Shown: in pieces, positions 21,233 through 33,863 of the stretch | Numbering within the stretch: the first letter of the stretch is position 1 | Layout: the number at the start of each line of letters is the position of its first letter | Position numbers and translations under genes: made by a program | From: an uncultured Rubrivirga sp. | GTDB lineage: Bacteria; Actinomycetota; Actinomycetes; S36-B12 | Length of the DNA stretch: 58,971 nt | Direction of reading: 5' to 3' | Assembly: GCA_964634545.1 (NCBI GenBank) | Contig: CAZWIW010000005.1 | Span: 1-58,971, forward strand | Notes under the pieces: generated by a model | What the model saw: only the letters and a program-made list of their open reading frames with translations | What the model was told of the DNA's origin: nothing | The model's database searches: none

Positions 21233-22033
21233 TTAATGCTCCTCGCTCGTTGCGCTGTCAATGTAGACAGCGGTCAGTAGCGTGAAGATGTAGGCCTGCA
21301 GCACGGCGATCAGGATCTCGAACAAGGTGAACGCGAAACCCATGAGGAAGGAGGGAATCGCGAAGATCTTGACGAAACCGTCGGCCAAGAGCAGGGCGCT
21401 GGTGGCGCTGAAGAACAGCACCAGCAACAAGTGGCCCGCCATCATGTTGGCGAGCAAACGAATGGTGAGCGTGAGCGGGCGCAATATGAAGGTGGAGACG
21501 AACTCGATCGGCGTCACAAGGAAGTAGATGGGCCACGGAATGCCTGGGGGAAAGAGATTGGCCTTCATGTAGTGCCAGAAACCGAGGGCTCGCACGCCCT
21601 GGATGTTGAACACCAACCACGCGATCACCGCGAACATCAGTGGGATAGCGATGACGCTGGAGATCGCTAGGTGCATCGTCGGCAAGATGCCCGTGATGTT
21701 GAAGGCGAACAGCAACCAGAACATGGATATCAAGTAGGGGGCGTATTTCTTGCCCTTCTCCCCCAGCGCCTCATCGATCACGTTCTTTTGCACCAGGTCC
21801 ACGGCCATCTCACCGAGGTTCTGCACGCCGCTTGGCACGAGCTTCGGCTTCGCGAAGGCCATCACGAAGAAGATGCTCACCACGCCGGCCATCAAGAGAC
21901 CCATGAGGTTGATGCGGGTCATCGCGAAGGGGGTGCCTACGAAAATCAGTTCGCCGGGAAAGAACTCCCCGACGGTCGGCGCTTTGAAGCCACCGTCGTC
22001 GTCCGTCGCCATCGGCATGAGCGCGGTCAGCAA
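21233..22033 (-). CDS. atpB: F0F1 ATP synthase subunit a
   Basis: 266-aa polytopic membrane ORF with the conserved TLTIRLLANMMAGH motif. Confidence 0.9.
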   Translation of the reverse strand: MLTALMPMATDDDGGFKAPTVGEFFPGELIFVGTPFAMTRINLMGLLMAGVVSIFFVMAFAKPKLVPSGVQNLGEMAVDLVQKNVIDEALGEKGKKYAPYLISMFWLLFAFNITGILPTMHLAISSVIAIPLMFAVIAWLVFNIQGVRALGFWHYMKANLFPPGIPWPIYFLVTPIEFVSTFILRPLTLTIRLLANMMAGHLLLVLFFSATSALLLADGFVKIFAIPSFLMGFAFTLFEILIAVLQAYIFTLLTAVYIDSATSEEH

Positions 22034-22064
22034 GGCTGTACTCCCACAGTCTTAACTTCGGTGG

Positions 22065-22298
22065 TCACGCGTTGCGACCATAACGGACATACACGACAAG
22101 CAGGGAAGTGATGAACCCGAGTGCGACACCGATCGGGAGGAAGATCCGGGTGATGCCGAACAAGTGGTCGACGCCCATTCCGATGAGTCCCCAGACGAGG
22201 GGCCCAGCGACCAGGGTGCCGACCATTGACCAAACGAACTCATCACCCCGGCCCTTGACGGGTGCTCCGGATTGAAGCGGTCGCTGGCTGTTCACCGC
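22065..22298 (-). CDS. AtpZ/AtpI-family small membrane protein
   Basis: Two-TM protein with GDEFVWSMVGTLVAGPLVWGLIGMGVDHLFGI...FLPIGVALGFITS, directly upstream of atpB. The start is uncertain: GTG 22298 chosen, ORF open to 22367, ATG at 22226. Confidence 0.5.
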   Translation of the reverse strand, partial: AVNSQRPLQSGAPVKGRGDEFVWSMVGTLVAGPLVWGLIGMGVDHLFGITRIFLPIGVALGFITSLLVVYVRYGRNA

Positions 22299-22373
22299 GG
22301 GTGAAACTAGCACACGGCGATAAGGCCCCGCGCGCCGAAGTACTGCGCTCGAAGGTGATCTTGGCAACCTTCG

Positions 22374-22814
22374 TCAGGAGGTGGATTCGCGCGGCTCGAT
22401 GAACGGCACTCGGGTCTTGACCACAATCAGCGCCTCAGCCACCAGGTAACCCACTGTGCCCACCACGAATGCCACGAAGAACGCTCCGCGGGAATAGAAG
22501 TCGGCGTTGCTCAAAGCAGCAAGAACCCCGATGAGTACGGCGATCTTCACCACCCACGAGCCAAGGATCGCGGCCCCGAACACCTCCGGACGAACCCGCA
22601 GGGTGACCAGTGCAACGACCACCGTGATGGAGTAAAAGACGACGGGAATGGCGATCCCGAGGACCCCGCCCCACAGCCCGGCCGACCCGTCGACGAGCCA
22701 CCCCACACCGGCGGCGAGGACCATCGCAATGAGGGACCCAACGGTGCCCCATTTCAGCACCGCGGACATCGGGATGCGAACACCCGGCAATGGGCCGTCG
22801 TAGGAGGAAGTCAC
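22374..22814 (-). CDS. conserved 4-TM membrane protein of the atp operon leader region (Rv1303-like)
   Basis: 146-aa hydrophobic ORF between wecA and the atp genes. GTGA overlap with the wecA stop. Confidence 0.55.
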   Translation of the reverse strand: MTSSYDGPLPGVRIPMSAVLKWGTVGSLIAMVLAAGVGWLVDGSAGLWGGVLGIAIPVVFYSITVVVALVTLRVRPEVFGAAILGSWVVKIAVLIGVLAALSNADFYSRGAFFVAFVVGTVGYLVAEALIVVKTRVPFIEPRESTS

Positions 22815-23941
22815 CCACTGAGGCTATCGCGCAGCGGCGTCACGTTCCCGGTGTCGGCGGCGGGCTGATCCGTGGGCCGCCGGACCAGCCAGATGAGTAG
22901 CGCGAGACCTAGGCCGAATCCGCCGAGCGCGTAGGGCCAAGGCACGAAAGCCACGGCCACGGCAGCACCGGCCACCAGTCCGGTCCAGGCGTACATGAGC
23001 GCGACGGCTCGACGGTGCGAATGACCCATCTCGAGGAGTCGATGGTGCAGATGCTGTTTGTCCGGTGCGAACGGGTTTCTTCCGGCCCGAGTGCGACGCA
23101 CCACCGCGAGCAGTAGATCGATGAGCGGAATGGCCATCACGGCGATCGGCAGCAGGATCGGCAGCAATGTCGGCAAGATCGCCCCCGTGCTGAGGGCACT
23201 GGGATCCATCTGGCCGGAGAGCGTGATGGTGGCGGCAGCCAGTAGCAGGCCAAGCAGCATGGACCCGGTGTCGCCCATGAAAATGCGGGCGGGGGCGAAG
23301 TTGTGCGGCAGGAAGCCGGCGGTGATGCCGACCAAGAGCACGCTGACCAGGGTGGCGAGGGTCGCTCGATCCAATCCCGCTTCCACGCTGAGTAGGTACG
23401 CGTAACCGAAGAAGGCACCCGCGGCAACGAGGACGATGCCCGCCGCCAAACCGTCGAGACCGTCGACGAAGTTGATCGCATTGATACTGATCAAGACGAT
23501 GAGCACGGTGAACAGCACGCTGGTAAGCGGATCGAGAACGAAGGTGCCGCCGATCGGCAGCCAGATGATCGCGATGCCTTGGAATGCCATGACTCCCGCC
23601 GCCAGCACCTGGCCCGCCAACTTGGTTGGAGCGTCAAGGCCCCATTTGTCGTCGACGATCCCCAGCGCCACGATGATGGCAACCCCAGACAACAGGGCGA
23701 TGGGTGTCGAACCACCCTCGAAGACCGCGCTCATCATCGGCAACTTGCTGGCCATGATCAGCCCGGCAAGCAAGCCCCCGACCATCGCCAATCCGCCCAG
23801 CAAGGGGGTGGGGGCATCGTGCACATCACGGTCACGAACCGCTGCGACGACCTTCCACTTGAGCGCAAGTTCGCGGGCCAGCGGGGTCAGCAGGTAGGTG
23901 ACCGCCGCAGCAGCCACCAGGCACAGGATGTATTCCCGCAC
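22811..23941 (-). CDS. wecA: MraY/WecA-family polyprenyl-phosphate GlcNAc-1-phosphate transferase
   Basis: 376-aa polytopic ORF with motifs IVDDKWGL, NAINFVDGLDGLA and FMGDTGS. Its position matches rfe (Rv1302). Confidence 0.85.
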   Translation of the reverse strand: MREYILCLVAAAAVTYLLTPLARELALKWKVVAAVRDRDVHDAPTPLLGGLAMVGGLLAGLIMASKLPMMSAVFEGGSTPIALLSGVAIIVALGIVDDKWGLDAPTKLAGQVLAAGVMAFQGIAIIWLPIGGTFVLDPLTSVLFTVLIVLISINAINFVDGLDGLAAGIVLVAAGAFFGYAYLLSVEAGLDRATLATLVSVLLVGITAGFLPHNFAPARIFMGDTGSMLLGLLLAAATITLSGQMDPSALSTGAILPTLLPILLPIAVMAIPLIDLLLAVVRRTRAGRNPFAPDKQHLHHRLLEMGHSHRRAVALMYAWTGLVAGAAVAVAFVPWPYALGGFGLGLALLIWLVRRPTDQPAADTGNVTPLRDSLSG

Positions 23942-23952
23942 GCGCCTTGCGC

Positions 23953-25254
23953 CTAGTGCGCTCGGCCGGCCTGGCCGCCCTCGCGCGGGTACGCCGGGTG
24001 GCGAGCAACCAACTTCGCGACCTGGGCGGCGACGTCGGCTGATGCCGATCCATCCGCGTCGGTGACCGCGCGGTGAATGAGGTCGGCGATCTCACGCATG
24101 TCGGTTTCGGCCATGCCCTGGGTCGTGACCGAGGGGGTGCCGACTCGGATGCCCGATCCCACCGACGGCGGCTGTGGATCGTAGGGAATCGCGTTCTTGT
24201 TCAGCGTGATGTTGGAAGCATCGCAGCGTTCCTCGGCTTCCACGCCGGTAACGCCGAGCGGTTGCAGGTCGATCAGCGCGAGGTGGGTATCGGTGCCGCC
24301 GCTGGTGGGTCGCATGCCGTGCTCGGAGAGCCCTTCGCACAGCGCCTGGGCGTTGCGGATCACCTGGGCCGCGTAGTGCTGGTAATCCGGGGTCGCTGCC
24401 TCTTTGAGGGCAACCGCCTTGGCAGCAACAGCGTGCATCAGCGGGCCGCCTTGCATCATCGGGAACACGGCCTTGTCGATGGCTTTGGCGTGTTCGGCCT
24501 TGCTGAGCATCATGCCGCCACGAGGACCGCGCAGGACCTTATGCGTGGTGAAGGTGACGACGTCGGCGTAGGGCACCGGGCTGGGAATCGCCTTGCCTGC
24601 CACCAGACCGATGAAGTGCGCTGCGTCCACCATCAAGATGGCCCCTACTTCGTCGGCGATTTCGCGGAATACCGCAAAGTCGATGAGTCGTGGGTAGGCA
24701 GTGGCGCCGGCGATGATCATCTTCGGGCGATGCTCCCGCGCGAGGTCGCGGACTTGGTCGTAGTCGATCGTCTCGGTGTCTTCGCGGACGCCATAGGAGA
24801 CGACGTTGAACCACTTGCCGGAGAAGTTCACCGGGGAGCCGTGAGTCAGATGGCCACCGTGCGGCAAGCTCATCGCCAACACGGTATCCCCGGGCATGGT
24901 GAAGGCACCGTACGCAGCGATATTGGCGCTGGCCCCGCTGTGCGGCTGCAAGTTGGCGTGCTCGGCGCCGAAGAGTTCCTTCGCACGCGCGATACCGATC
25001 TCCTCAGCTGTATCGACTTCGGCGCAGCCGCCGTAATAACGACGACGCGGGTACCCCTCGGCGTACTTGTTGCTCAGGGTCGAACCGAGTGCAGCCAGGA
25101 CGGCCGGTGAGGTGAGGTTCTCGCTGGCGATCAACTGCAGACCGCCGCGTAACCGGTCGAGTTCGCTCAAGATGATGGCGGCGATTTCGGGGTCCTCGCT
25201 TTGCAGCGCCCCGAAGTCCGGGCCCCAGAAGGTGTCTTGGTCGTGTCCGCTCAC
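23953..25254 (-). CDS. glyA: serine hydroxymethyltransferase
   Basis: 433-aa ORF with [18 protein letters not shown], the PLP-Lys motif [14 protein letters not shown] and [13 protein letters not shown]. Confidence 0.95.
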   Translation of the reverse strand: MSGHDQDTFWGPDFGALQSEDPEIAAIILSELDRLRGGLQLIASENLTSPAVLAALGSTLSNKYAEGYPRRRYYGGCAEVDTAEEIGIARAKELFGAEHANLQPHSGASANIAAYGAFTMPGDTVLAMSLPHGGHLTHGSPVNFSGKWFNVVSYGVREDTETIDYDQVRDLAREHRPKMIIAGATAYPRLIDFAVFREIADEVGAILMVDAAHFIGLVAGKAIPSPVPYADVVTFTTHKVLRGPRGGMMLSKAEHAKAIDKAVFPMMQGGPLMHAVAAKAVALKEAATPDYQHYAAQVIRNAQALCEGLSEHGMRPTSGGTDTHLALIDLQPLGVTGVEAEERCDASNITLNKNAIPYDPQPPSVGSGIRVGTPSVTTQGMAETDMREIADLIHRAVTDADGSASADVAAQVAKLVARHPAYPREGGQAGRAH

Positions 25255-25287
25255 GGTGGTACTCCTGAGTGTCGAGACCGAGTGCCC

Positions 25288-26007
25288 TTAGTCGGTCGAT
25301 TGCCCTGACGGCGCCACTGTATCCCCACGTTCGGGTCGCAGCACGGCTTCCACTCGCGTGGTCGCGATGGCTCCTTCCCGAACCACCGAGGCCGGGTAGG
25401 TGGCGAGGTCGACCACGGTGCTGGCCAATTGCGCCTGTTCGCTCTCGGACCATGGCGCGTTGCCCACCGGACCGACATCGCAGACGGCGTCGACATCGTC
25501 CACCAGCGAAGCCACTGCTTGCTCGGCGGTGACGGGAGCCTGCCCGCCCACGATCGTGGCGGCGCTCGCGGCCATGGGGCCGAGTGCCGCGCAAATAGCC
25601 AACGTCAGCGGGTGCAGTGGCATCCGCACTGCGACCGGTGCTCCGGTGGGGTGGTCCCAAGCCAAGGTGGGTTGAGCCGGCAGCAAGATGGTCAACATTC
25701 CGGGCCAAAAAGCGTCCATCAATTCCCGCGCCCGCTCCGGCACTCTTGCTGCCACGCCGGAGACGGTCTGCGCCGAACCCACGAGTAGACCCAGTGGCGT
25801 GCCGGTGGCCTGCACCTTGGCCCGCCGGAGGAGTCCCGTGCCGCGGAGCGAGAAGGCGTCGGTGGCCACGACGTAGCAGTTCTCGGTGGGCAACACCACC
25901 AGTCCCCCGGCGCGCATGATGGAAACCGCCTGCACCACCACCTGGTCGCGCTCGACATCGCTTGTCGCTGGGGAGTCCCCGCACTCCCAGATCGTCGTGG
26001 CGTTCAC
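25288..26007 (-). CDS. L-threonylcarbamoyladenylate synthase (Sua5/YwlC/YrdC family)
   Basis: 239-aa ORF with a YrdC-like fold signature (GGLVVLPTENCYVVATDAF, PGMLTILLP, VAVRMPLHPL). Its position matches Rv1301. 4-nt overlap with the prmC stop. Confidence 0.8.
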   Translation of the reverse strand: MNATTIWECGDSPATSDVERDQVVVQAVSIMRAGGLVVLPTENCYVVATDAFSLRGTGLLRRAKVQATGTPLGLLVGSAQTVSGVAARVPERARELMDAFWPGMLTILLPAQPTLAWDHPTGAPVAVRMPLHPLTLAICAALGPMAASAATIVGGQAPVTAEQAVASLVDDVDAVCDVGPVGNAPWSESEQAQLASTVVDLATYPASVVREGAIATTRVEAVLRPERGDTVAPSGQSTD

Positions 26008-27008
26008 GGATCGGTCCTGGTGGCGAGGGTGAAACGCGGCAGACCCGCCAGATCCAACCGGTCGGCCACCTGACCGAACGCCGGCGATCCCGGCAGACCG
26101 GGGACGAGCGTGGCCATCGATTCATCCAGGCGAAGCCCACGCAGCACCCCGACCACGCCACCATCGGGCGCGTCCGGACCCTGGGTATCGGCGTGCTCCA
26201 TCGCGAGCAGCCCGCCGGGCCGCAGGAGTAGCGCGGCGGTGCGGGCGATGCGTCGTACGACATCGAGACCGTCGGGGCCGCCGTAGAGCGCGAGGTAGGG
26301 ATCGTGTTCGCGCACCTCGACCTCGCGGGGGACCATCGAATCGGGGATGTAGGGCGGATTGGCGACGACAACGTCCACGCGACCAACCAGGGCGGCAAGT
26401 GGCCCGCCAACTTCCGCGACATCCCCGGCATCGGCATGCACGATTTCAACTCGCGAGCCGGCAGCCGCGATCGCTTCGGAGAACTCCTCGACGTTTCGCC
26501 GCGTCCACTCCACGGCTGTGTCGTCGAGTTCGACCAGGTACACCTCGGTGCCGGGTGCTTCGAGTGCCAGCGACAGTCCGGCCGCACCACTTCCGGCACA
26601 CAGGTCGACTGCAAGTTGACCGGGGCCCTCGCGCAAGGGCCGGACGCCGGCTTCGGTGATGAGTTCGGTTTCCGGGCGTGGGATGAACACCCCCGGACCG
26701 ACCGCCACCTCGATGCGGCGGAAGGGCGCTCGACCGGTGATGTGTTGGAGTGGGACTCGATTCAGCCGCTTGGCCACGGCCTTCTCGAACGCCACCCGCT
26801 GGCGCCCGGTCGGGGCGTCGTGCAAGAACAGCCGTCCGCGGGGAACCTCGAGCACCCAGGCAAGCAAGATCGCCGCGTCCGCTTGCGGCGAGGGAACACC
26901 TGCGCTGGTGAGTCGTCGTTCGGCGTCGTAGAGCAGATCGCGGGCGGAAACCCGACCGCCTTCGGTGGGCTCTTCTTGTCCCAACGCATCGAAGAAGCCA
27001 TCGGGCAT
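26004..27008 (-). CDS. prmC: release-factor glutamine N5-methyltransferase
   Basis: 334-aa ORF with SAM motif DLCAGSGAAGL and catalytic NPPY (VVANPPYIP). Confidence 0.85.
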   Translation of the reverse strand: MPDGFFDALGQEEPTEGGRVSARDLLYDAERRLTSAGVPSPQADAAILLAWVLEVPRGRLFLHDAPTGRQRVAFEKAVAKRLNRVPLQHITGRAPFRRIEVAVGPGVFIPRPETELITEAGVRPLREGPGQLAVDLCAGSGAAGLSLALEAPGTEVYLVELDDTAVEWTRRNVEEFSEAIAAAGSRVEIVHADAGDVAEVGGPLAALVGRVDVVVANPPYIPDSMVPREVEVREHDPYLALYGGPDGLDVVRRIARTAALLLRPGGLLAMEHADTQGPDAPDGGVVGVLRGLRLDESMATLVPGLPGSPAFGQVADRLDLAGLPRFTLATRTDP

Positions 27009-27012
27009 ACGT

Positions 27013-28098
27013 TCAGCCCGCGGACTCGACGGGTGCGCTCATCTGCGCTTCGCGATCGGCGCTCGAACAGGCATCGACGATCGCGTCGAGATCGCCGTCG
27101 AGGACCTGGTCGAGGTTGTGCGCCTTGAAGCCGACCCGGTGATCGCTGATCCGATTCTCCGGGAAGTTGTACGTGCGAATGCGCTCACTACGGTCGACGG
27201 TTCGCACTTGACTGCGGCGGACATCGGATGCCTCTTGGGCTGCCTGTTCCTCGGCGATCGCCAACAACCGTGCGCGCAGGATGCGCAGGGCCTGTTCGCG
27301 ATTTTGCAGTTGGCTCTTCTCGTTTTGACAAGAAACGACGACGCCCGTGGGCAGGTGGGTGATCCGGACAGCGGAGTCGGTCGTGTTCACGCTCTGGCCA
27401 CCGGGGCCGGAGGATCGGTAGACATCGATGCGCAGGTCATTCGGGTCGATCGTGACATCGACATCCTCGGCCTCGGGTAGCACCAACACCCCCGCAGCCG
27501 AGGTGTGGATACGACCCTGCGATTCGGTGACCGGCACGCGTTGCACCCGGTGAACGCCGCCTTCGTACTTCAATCGGGCGTAGGGCGCCTCTCCCGGCTC
27601 GGGCACCCCCTTGGCTTTCACCGCTAGCGAGACGTCCTTGTAGCCGCCGAGATCGGATTCGACGGCATCGATCACTTCGGTTGACCAACCGCGGCGCTCG
27701 GCATAGCGCAGATACATGCGCAAGAGGTCCCCCGCGAATAGCGCCGACTCCTCGCCGCCTTCGCCCGCCTTCACTTCGACGATGACGTCCTTGTCGTCGA
27801 GCGGATCGCGCGGCACCAGCAGTGTTCGTAGCCGCTCGGCGGCCAACGCTTCCTTCTGCGCCAAGGCGACCGCTTCGTCCGCGAACGCGGCATCGCCCAT
27901 ATCGGCCAATTCCACCGCAGCGACGTGGTCCTCGTGCAGGCTGCTCCACTCGCGGTAGGCAGCAACCACCGGCCTCAGCTGTGCGTACCGACGCCCGAGC
28001 GTTCGCGCTTTGGCTTGATCGGCATGCACCGCCGGATCGGCCAGGCTGCGCTCCACTTCGGTGAACTCGCGGGCGAGATCCTCGCAGTTCTCGAACAT
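27013..28098 (-). CDS. prfA: peptide chain release factor 1
   Basis: 361-aa ORF with GGQ motif [12 protein letters not shown] and an RF1-type PxT region. Confidence 0.95.
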   Translation of the reverse strand: MFENCEDLAREFTEVERSLADPAVHADQAKARTLGRRYAQLRPVVAAYREWSSLHEDHVAAVELADMGDAAFADEAVALAQKEALAAERLRTLLVPRDPLDDKDVIVEVKAGEGGEESALFAGDLLRMYLRYAERRGWSTEVIDAVESDLGGYKDVSLAVKAKGVPEPGEAPYARLKYEGGVHRVQRVPVTESQGRIHTSAAGVLVLPEAEDVDVTIDPNDLRIDVYRSSGPGGQSVNTTDSAVRITHLPTGVVVSCQNEKSQLQNREQALRILRARLLAIAEEQAAQEASDVRRSQVRTVDRSERIRTYNFPENRISDHRVGFKAHNLDQVLDGDLDAIVDACSSADREAQMSAPVESAG

Positions 28099-28181
28099 CT
28101 CCGCCCTCCCTTCACCGCCGTGTGTACCTCAAGATACGCGCCACCAGTTCGCCGGCGGCGGCCTACTTCACGAGGTAGCTG

Positions 28182-28216
28182 AAAAAGATCGGGCGCCGGT
28201 CGGGGACCGACCGCGC
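28182..28216 (-). terminator. probable intrinsic terminator downstream of rpmE
   Basis: On the minus strand a GC-rich hairpin (GCGCGGTCGG-TCC-CCGACCGGCGC, one bulge) is followed by GATCTTTTTC. It lies 49 nt after the rpmE stop. Confidence 0.45.
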
Positions 28217-28264
28217 GACGGGGGAGACACGCGGCCGATCCCGGGCCGGCGCCCGGAAGTCGTG

Positions 28265-28489
28265 CTACTTGGAACCTGTACCGGAGTCCTTGCCGTAGCG
28301 GGTTTCGAACTTCGCTACCCGGCCACCGGTGTCCAGGATCTTCTGCTTTCCAGTATAGAACGGATGACACTGCGAGCAAACATCCGCGTGGATCACGCCG
28401 TTCTTAGCGGTGCTTCGCGTGGTGAAGGTGCTGCCGCAGGTGCAGGTCACCGTCGTTTCCACGTAGTCGGGGTGGATGCCGGCTTTCAT
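28265..28489 (-). CDS. rpmE: 50S ribosomal protein L31, Zn-binding type A
   Basis: 74-aa [12 protein letters not shown]... with CxC and CxxC (CTCGSTF...[10 protein letters not shown]). Confidence 0.95.
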   Translation of the reverse strand: MKAGIHPDYVETTVTCTCGSTFTTRSTAKNGVIHADVCSQCHPFYTGKQKILDTGGRVAKFETRYGKDSGTGSK

Positions 28490-28587
28490 GATTCACGTCC
28501 TTGTCGTCATTGTCCGGGTCGGATCGAGCAGCGTCCCATCTGCTGCCCGCCGTGAACCGGAGCCGCGTAAGTATGCCACGGAGGCGC

Positions 28588-30288
<1,701 letters not shown>

Positions 30289-30506
30289 GGTGTCCTTCGA
30301 TTGACGGACCCCCGCGGGTAAGCGCGGGAGTGTGCGTGAGCCCGTGGACGTTGCGTCTGCTTCTGGGCTGCCTCGCAAGCGCTGGGATCGGGGAAGGTGA
30401 TCCGGTGCTCGCCCGATGGATTCTCCGGTACTGGAGTCATCTGCTGGTCCTTCGCGATAGGCGAGGTACCAACGAGGCCCTTACAAGGTACCACCGTCGC
30501 TGCGGG
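30289..30506 (-). promoter_or_regulatory. long rho 5' leader (possible autoregulatory attenuator region)
   Basis: A 218-nt non-coding gap between the thrB stop and the rho start. It contains hairpins (GGTACC...GGTACC; CCCGCG-CTTACC-CGCGGG) and C-rich stretches. Confidence 0.35.
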
Positions 30507-31433
30507 CTATACCTCTATGGGTCGCTCCGCGGCTCCCTGCGCGCTGATCGGGATCGCACGGACAGTCCATGAATTCAACCGATCGGCGATCGCCGCCACT
30601 TGCTCGACGTCGGCAAGATCCGCCGTCAGGACGATCACCGCGGGGCCGGCGCCGGAGATCGCCGCCGGAATACCTTCCTTACGCAACGCATCGGTAAGGG
30701 TCACGGCATCGGGGTACACGCCCACCCGTGCCTGCTGATGGAGTCGATCCGAGGTCGCCTCCCACAACAAGGTGGGGTCGTTGGTCAACGCGTGCACGAG
30801 CAATGCCGAACGGGCGAGATTGTGACTCGCATCGGCGTATGGCACCGACTCCGGAAGCACGGCTCGCGCTTGTTTCGTCGGCACCGCGCCTTCTGGCAGC
30901 GCGAGTACCGCGTGCACATCGGGATGGGGAGCCAATCGCACCGCTCCGGGACCCTGGTCTTCACTGAGCCAGGCAACAGTGAAACCTCCGTGCAGCGCCG
31001 CAGCCAGATTGTCCGGGTGGGATTCCATCGACGTAGCCGCTTGCAACAACTGTGCATCGCTGAACGGGGCTTCCTCGACCATCGCCCGCGCCAGCACCAT
31101 CCCGCCGACGATCGCGGCGGCCGACGAGCCCAGGCCACGACCTTGGGGAATCGCATTACGGCAGCGCAGGACGAATCCGGTGGGCCGCACACCCATCTGC
31201 TCGAAAGCGATATTCATGGCTTGGACGACCAGATGCTCCTCATCACGAGGAAGGTTCTCGGCCCCCTCTCCGGCCACCTCCACCAGGACACCTTCGTCGT
31301 CGGTCGCCATGGCAATAAGTTCGTCGTACACGGCGAGGGCTAATCCGAGCGAATCGAAACCCGGACCTAGGTTCGCACTGCTCGCCGGAACCAGAACGCG
31401 TACCGGTCCGCTGCGCACCCGCGGGGTGGCCAT
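30507..31433 (-). CDS. thrB: homoserine kinase
   Basis: The ATG at 31433 shares one nt with the thrC TGA (TGATG). GHMP kinase motifs PASSANLGPGFD and GLGSSAAA are present. The ORF is open to 31514. Confidence 0.9.
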   Translation of the reverse strand: MATPRVRSGPVRVLVPASSANLGPGFDSLGLALAVYDELIAMATDDEGVLVEVAGEGAENLPRDEEHLVVQAMNIAFEQMGVRPTGFVLRCRNAIPQGRGLGSSAAAIVGGMVLARAMVEEAPFSDAQLLQAATSMESHPDNLAAALHGGFTVAWLSEDQGPGAVRLAPHPDVHAVLALPEGAVPTKQARAVLPESVPYADASHNLARSALLVHALTNDPTLLWEATSDRLHQQARVGVYPDAVTLTDALRKEGIPAAISGAGPAVIVLTADLADVEQVAAIADRLNSWTVRAIPISAQGAAERPIEV

Positions 31434-32506
31434 CACACCAACCCGAGTGCCCGCGCCGCTGAGTGGACATCGACGGGAACGACCACGGGTTCCGGAGCAC
31501 CCTCGAGTGCCCACTGCGGATCCTTCAAGCCGTTGCCGGTCAATGTCGCGACGATCATCTGCCCGGGATCCAACCGACCGGCTTGCTTCAACTTGATCAG
31601 TCCCGCCACTCCAGCGGCGCTCGACGGCTCACAGAACAAGCCCTCCTTGGCCGCCAGGAACCGGTAGGCGGCGAGGATCTCCTCGTCGGTGACCGCATCG
31701 ATCAGCCCACCGGATTCATCACGTGCTGCGATAGCGGCGTCCCACGACGCGGGGTTCCCGATCCGGATTGCGGTAGCGATGGTTTCCGGTGAGCGAACGG
31801 GGGTCCCGGAGACCAAGGGCGCCGCACCGGCGGCTTGGAAACCCCACAGGCGCGGGAGTGCGTCCACGATTCCATCACGACGATATTCGGTGTAGCCGCG
31901 CCAATACGCAGTGATATTCCCTGCGTTTCCCACGGGCATGGCGTGGATGTCGGGCACCCGGCCAAGCATGTCTACGATCTCGAAACTCGCCGTCTTTTGA
32001 CCCTCGATACGCACCGGGTTGACGCTGTTCACCAGCGCGACCGGGTACTCATCCGCCAATTCCCGCGCGACGGTCAAGCAATCATCGAAGTTTCCGTCAA
32101 CCTGCAACAGCGTGGCCCCATGCACGATCGCCTGCGCCAGTTTGCCCATCGCGATCTTGCCCTGAGGGACGAGGACCGCTGAGATCATGCCGGCCTTCAC
32201 CGCGTAGGCCGAGGCGCTCGCCGAGGTGTTCCCAGTCGAGGCGCAGATCACCGCACGGGCTCCGTCTTCTGCGGCCTTGCTGATCGCCAAAGTCATGCCG
32301 CGGTCCTTGAAAGAACCGGTGGGGTTGGCGCCTTCGAACTTCAACCACACCTCGCACCCGAGCAACTCACTGACGTTGCAGGCATAGACCAGCGGTGTGC
32401 CGCCTTCGCGCAGCGAAACGACCGGGGTCGCATCGCTTACCGGGAGACGCTCTCGGTACTCCTCGATGACACCACGCCACTGATGGGCACCGACCATCGT
32501 GGTCAT
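31433..32506 (-). CDS. thrC: threonine synthase
   Basis: 357-aa ORF with the PLP-Lys motif [10 protein letters not shown]; N-terminus similar to mycobacterial ThrC. Confidence 0.93.
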   Translation of the reverse strand: MTTMVGAHQWRGVIEEYRERLPVSDATPVVSLREGGTPLVYACNVSELLGCEVWLKFEGANPTGSFKDRGMTLAISKAAEDGARAVICASTGNTSASASAYAVKAGMISAVLVPQGKIAMGKLAQAIVHGATLLQVDGNFDDCLTVARELADEYPVALVNSVNPVRIEGQKTASFEIVDMLGRVPDIHAMPVGNAGNITAYWRGYTEYRRDGIVDALPRLWGFQAAGAAPLVSGTPVRSPETIATAIRIGNPASWDAAIAARDESGGLIDAVTDEEILAAYRFLAAKEGLFCEPSSAAGVAGLIKLKQAGRLDPGQMIVATLTGNGLKDPQWALEGAPEPVVVPVDVHSAARALGLV

Positions 32507-33807
32507 TCCTCACCTTCCACGCGCATCACGCCCACAACAGTACGCACCGAATCCAAGCCGCGGAGCCGATCGACGGTGGCTTGCAATGCCGCATCGGTCG
32601 CTGCATGGGTGCGCACGATCAGCCCGGCGTCTTCACCGTGTCCTTCCTGGTGAACCACCTGGATGCTGACGCCCTCATCGGCAAACGCCGACGCGATGCT
32701 GGCGAGCACCCCGGAACGGTCAGCTACATCCAAGTTGACGTAGTACTCCGTGCGCGCGCGACCCACGGGAAGAACCGGCAGCCCGGAGTACGTGCTCTCC
32801 CCCGGCCCGAGTCCCCCACTGAGGCGGTTGCGTGCCGCCGCGACGACATCGCCGAGTACGGCACTGGCTGTTGGGTGGCCACCAGCACCGCGCCCGTAGA
32901 ACATCATTTCTCCTGCGGCCTGCGCTTCGATGAAAACCGCGTTGAAGGATTCGCGAACTGCGGCCAGTGGGTGGGTCTTGGGCACCATCGCTGGATGCAC
33001 CCGAACGATCACGCCAGCCTCGCCGTCTGCGCTGGCTTCCACGACTTCGGCGATGGCCAGCAGTTTGATGACGAAACCCATCTCGCGCGCCGCGGCCATG
33101 TCATCAGCGGTGACATTGGCGATGCCTTCAACGAAGACATCGTCGATCGTCACTCGGGTGTGGAAAGCAAGTTCGGCGAGAATCGCAGCCTTGGCGGCGG
33201 CGTCGTGCCCATCCACATCCAAGGATGGATCGGCCTCGAGATAACCGAGGGCGTCTGCTTCGGCGAAGACGGCGTCGTACTCGACGCCTTCCTCGTCCAT
33301 CTTGGTGAGCATGAAATTGGTCGTCCCATTGACGATGCCCATGACCTTGCGCACCCGATCGCCGGCCAGCGATTCGCGCAGCGGACGCAGCAACGGGATA
33401 GCGCCGGCCACCGAAGCCTCGAAGTACAGGTCAACCCCGTGACGGCGGGCGGCGTCGTACAACGCGGCGCCATCTTCAGCGAGCAGTGCCTTGTTCGCGG
33501 TGACCACACTCGAGCCGGCTTCCATCGCCGCCAGGATGCATTCGCGTGCGGTGTCGATCCCACCCATCACTTCGACGACGACATCCGCACCCGAGCGCGC
33601 CAAAGTGAGGGCGTCGTCGGTGATCACGTCAGAGGGAATTCCCGGGCGCGGCTTGGCGGCATCGCGCACCGCGACCCCCAGCAGCCGAAGCGGGGCGCCC
33701 ACTCGCTCGCGCAGATCGGCGGCGTTCTCCTCGAGCAACTGCACGATCGAGGTACCGACCGTCCCGCCGCCGAGGATGGCAATGGTCACCTCGTCGCGCG
33801 CGGGCAT
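32503..33807 (-). CDS. hom: homoserine dehydrogenase with C-terminal ACT domain
   Basis: 434-aa ORF with Rossmann motif ILGGGTVGT and Hom-like sequence throughout. 4-nt overlap with the thrC start. Confidence 0.92.
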   Translation of the reverse strand: MPARDEVTIAILGGGTVGTSIVQLLEENAADLRERVGAPLRLLGVAVRDAAKPRPGIPSDVITDDALTLARSGADVVVEVMGGIDTARECILAAMEAGSSVVTANKALLAEDGAALYDAARRHGVDLYFEASVAGAIPLLRPLRESLAGDRVRKVMGIVNGTTNFMLTKMDEEGVEYDAVFAEADALGYLEADPSLDVDGHDAAAKAAILAELAFHTRVTIDDVFVEGIANVTADDMAAAREMGFVIKLLAIAEVVEASADGEAGVIVRVHPAMVPKTHPLAAVRESFNAVFIEAQAAGEMMFYGRGAGGHPTASAVLGDVVAAARNRLSGGLGPGESTYSGLPVLPVGRARTEYYVNLDVADRSGVLASIASAFADEGVSIQVVHQEGHGEDAGLIVRTHAATDAALQATVDRLRGLDSVRTVVGVMRVEGEE

Positions 33808-33863
33808 GCTCTCTCCTTCACGTTGACGCCACGATCACTCGACCGTGGACAGGGCACAGCCTT

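Noticed and set aside
25004-26614. 536-aa minus-strand ORF spanning glyA, sua5 and prmC in an alternative frame
   Set aside because: It overlaps three well-supported genes on the same strand out of frame. Its sequence is Arg/Pro/Gly/Trp-rich with no motifs, so it is a high-GC frame artefact.
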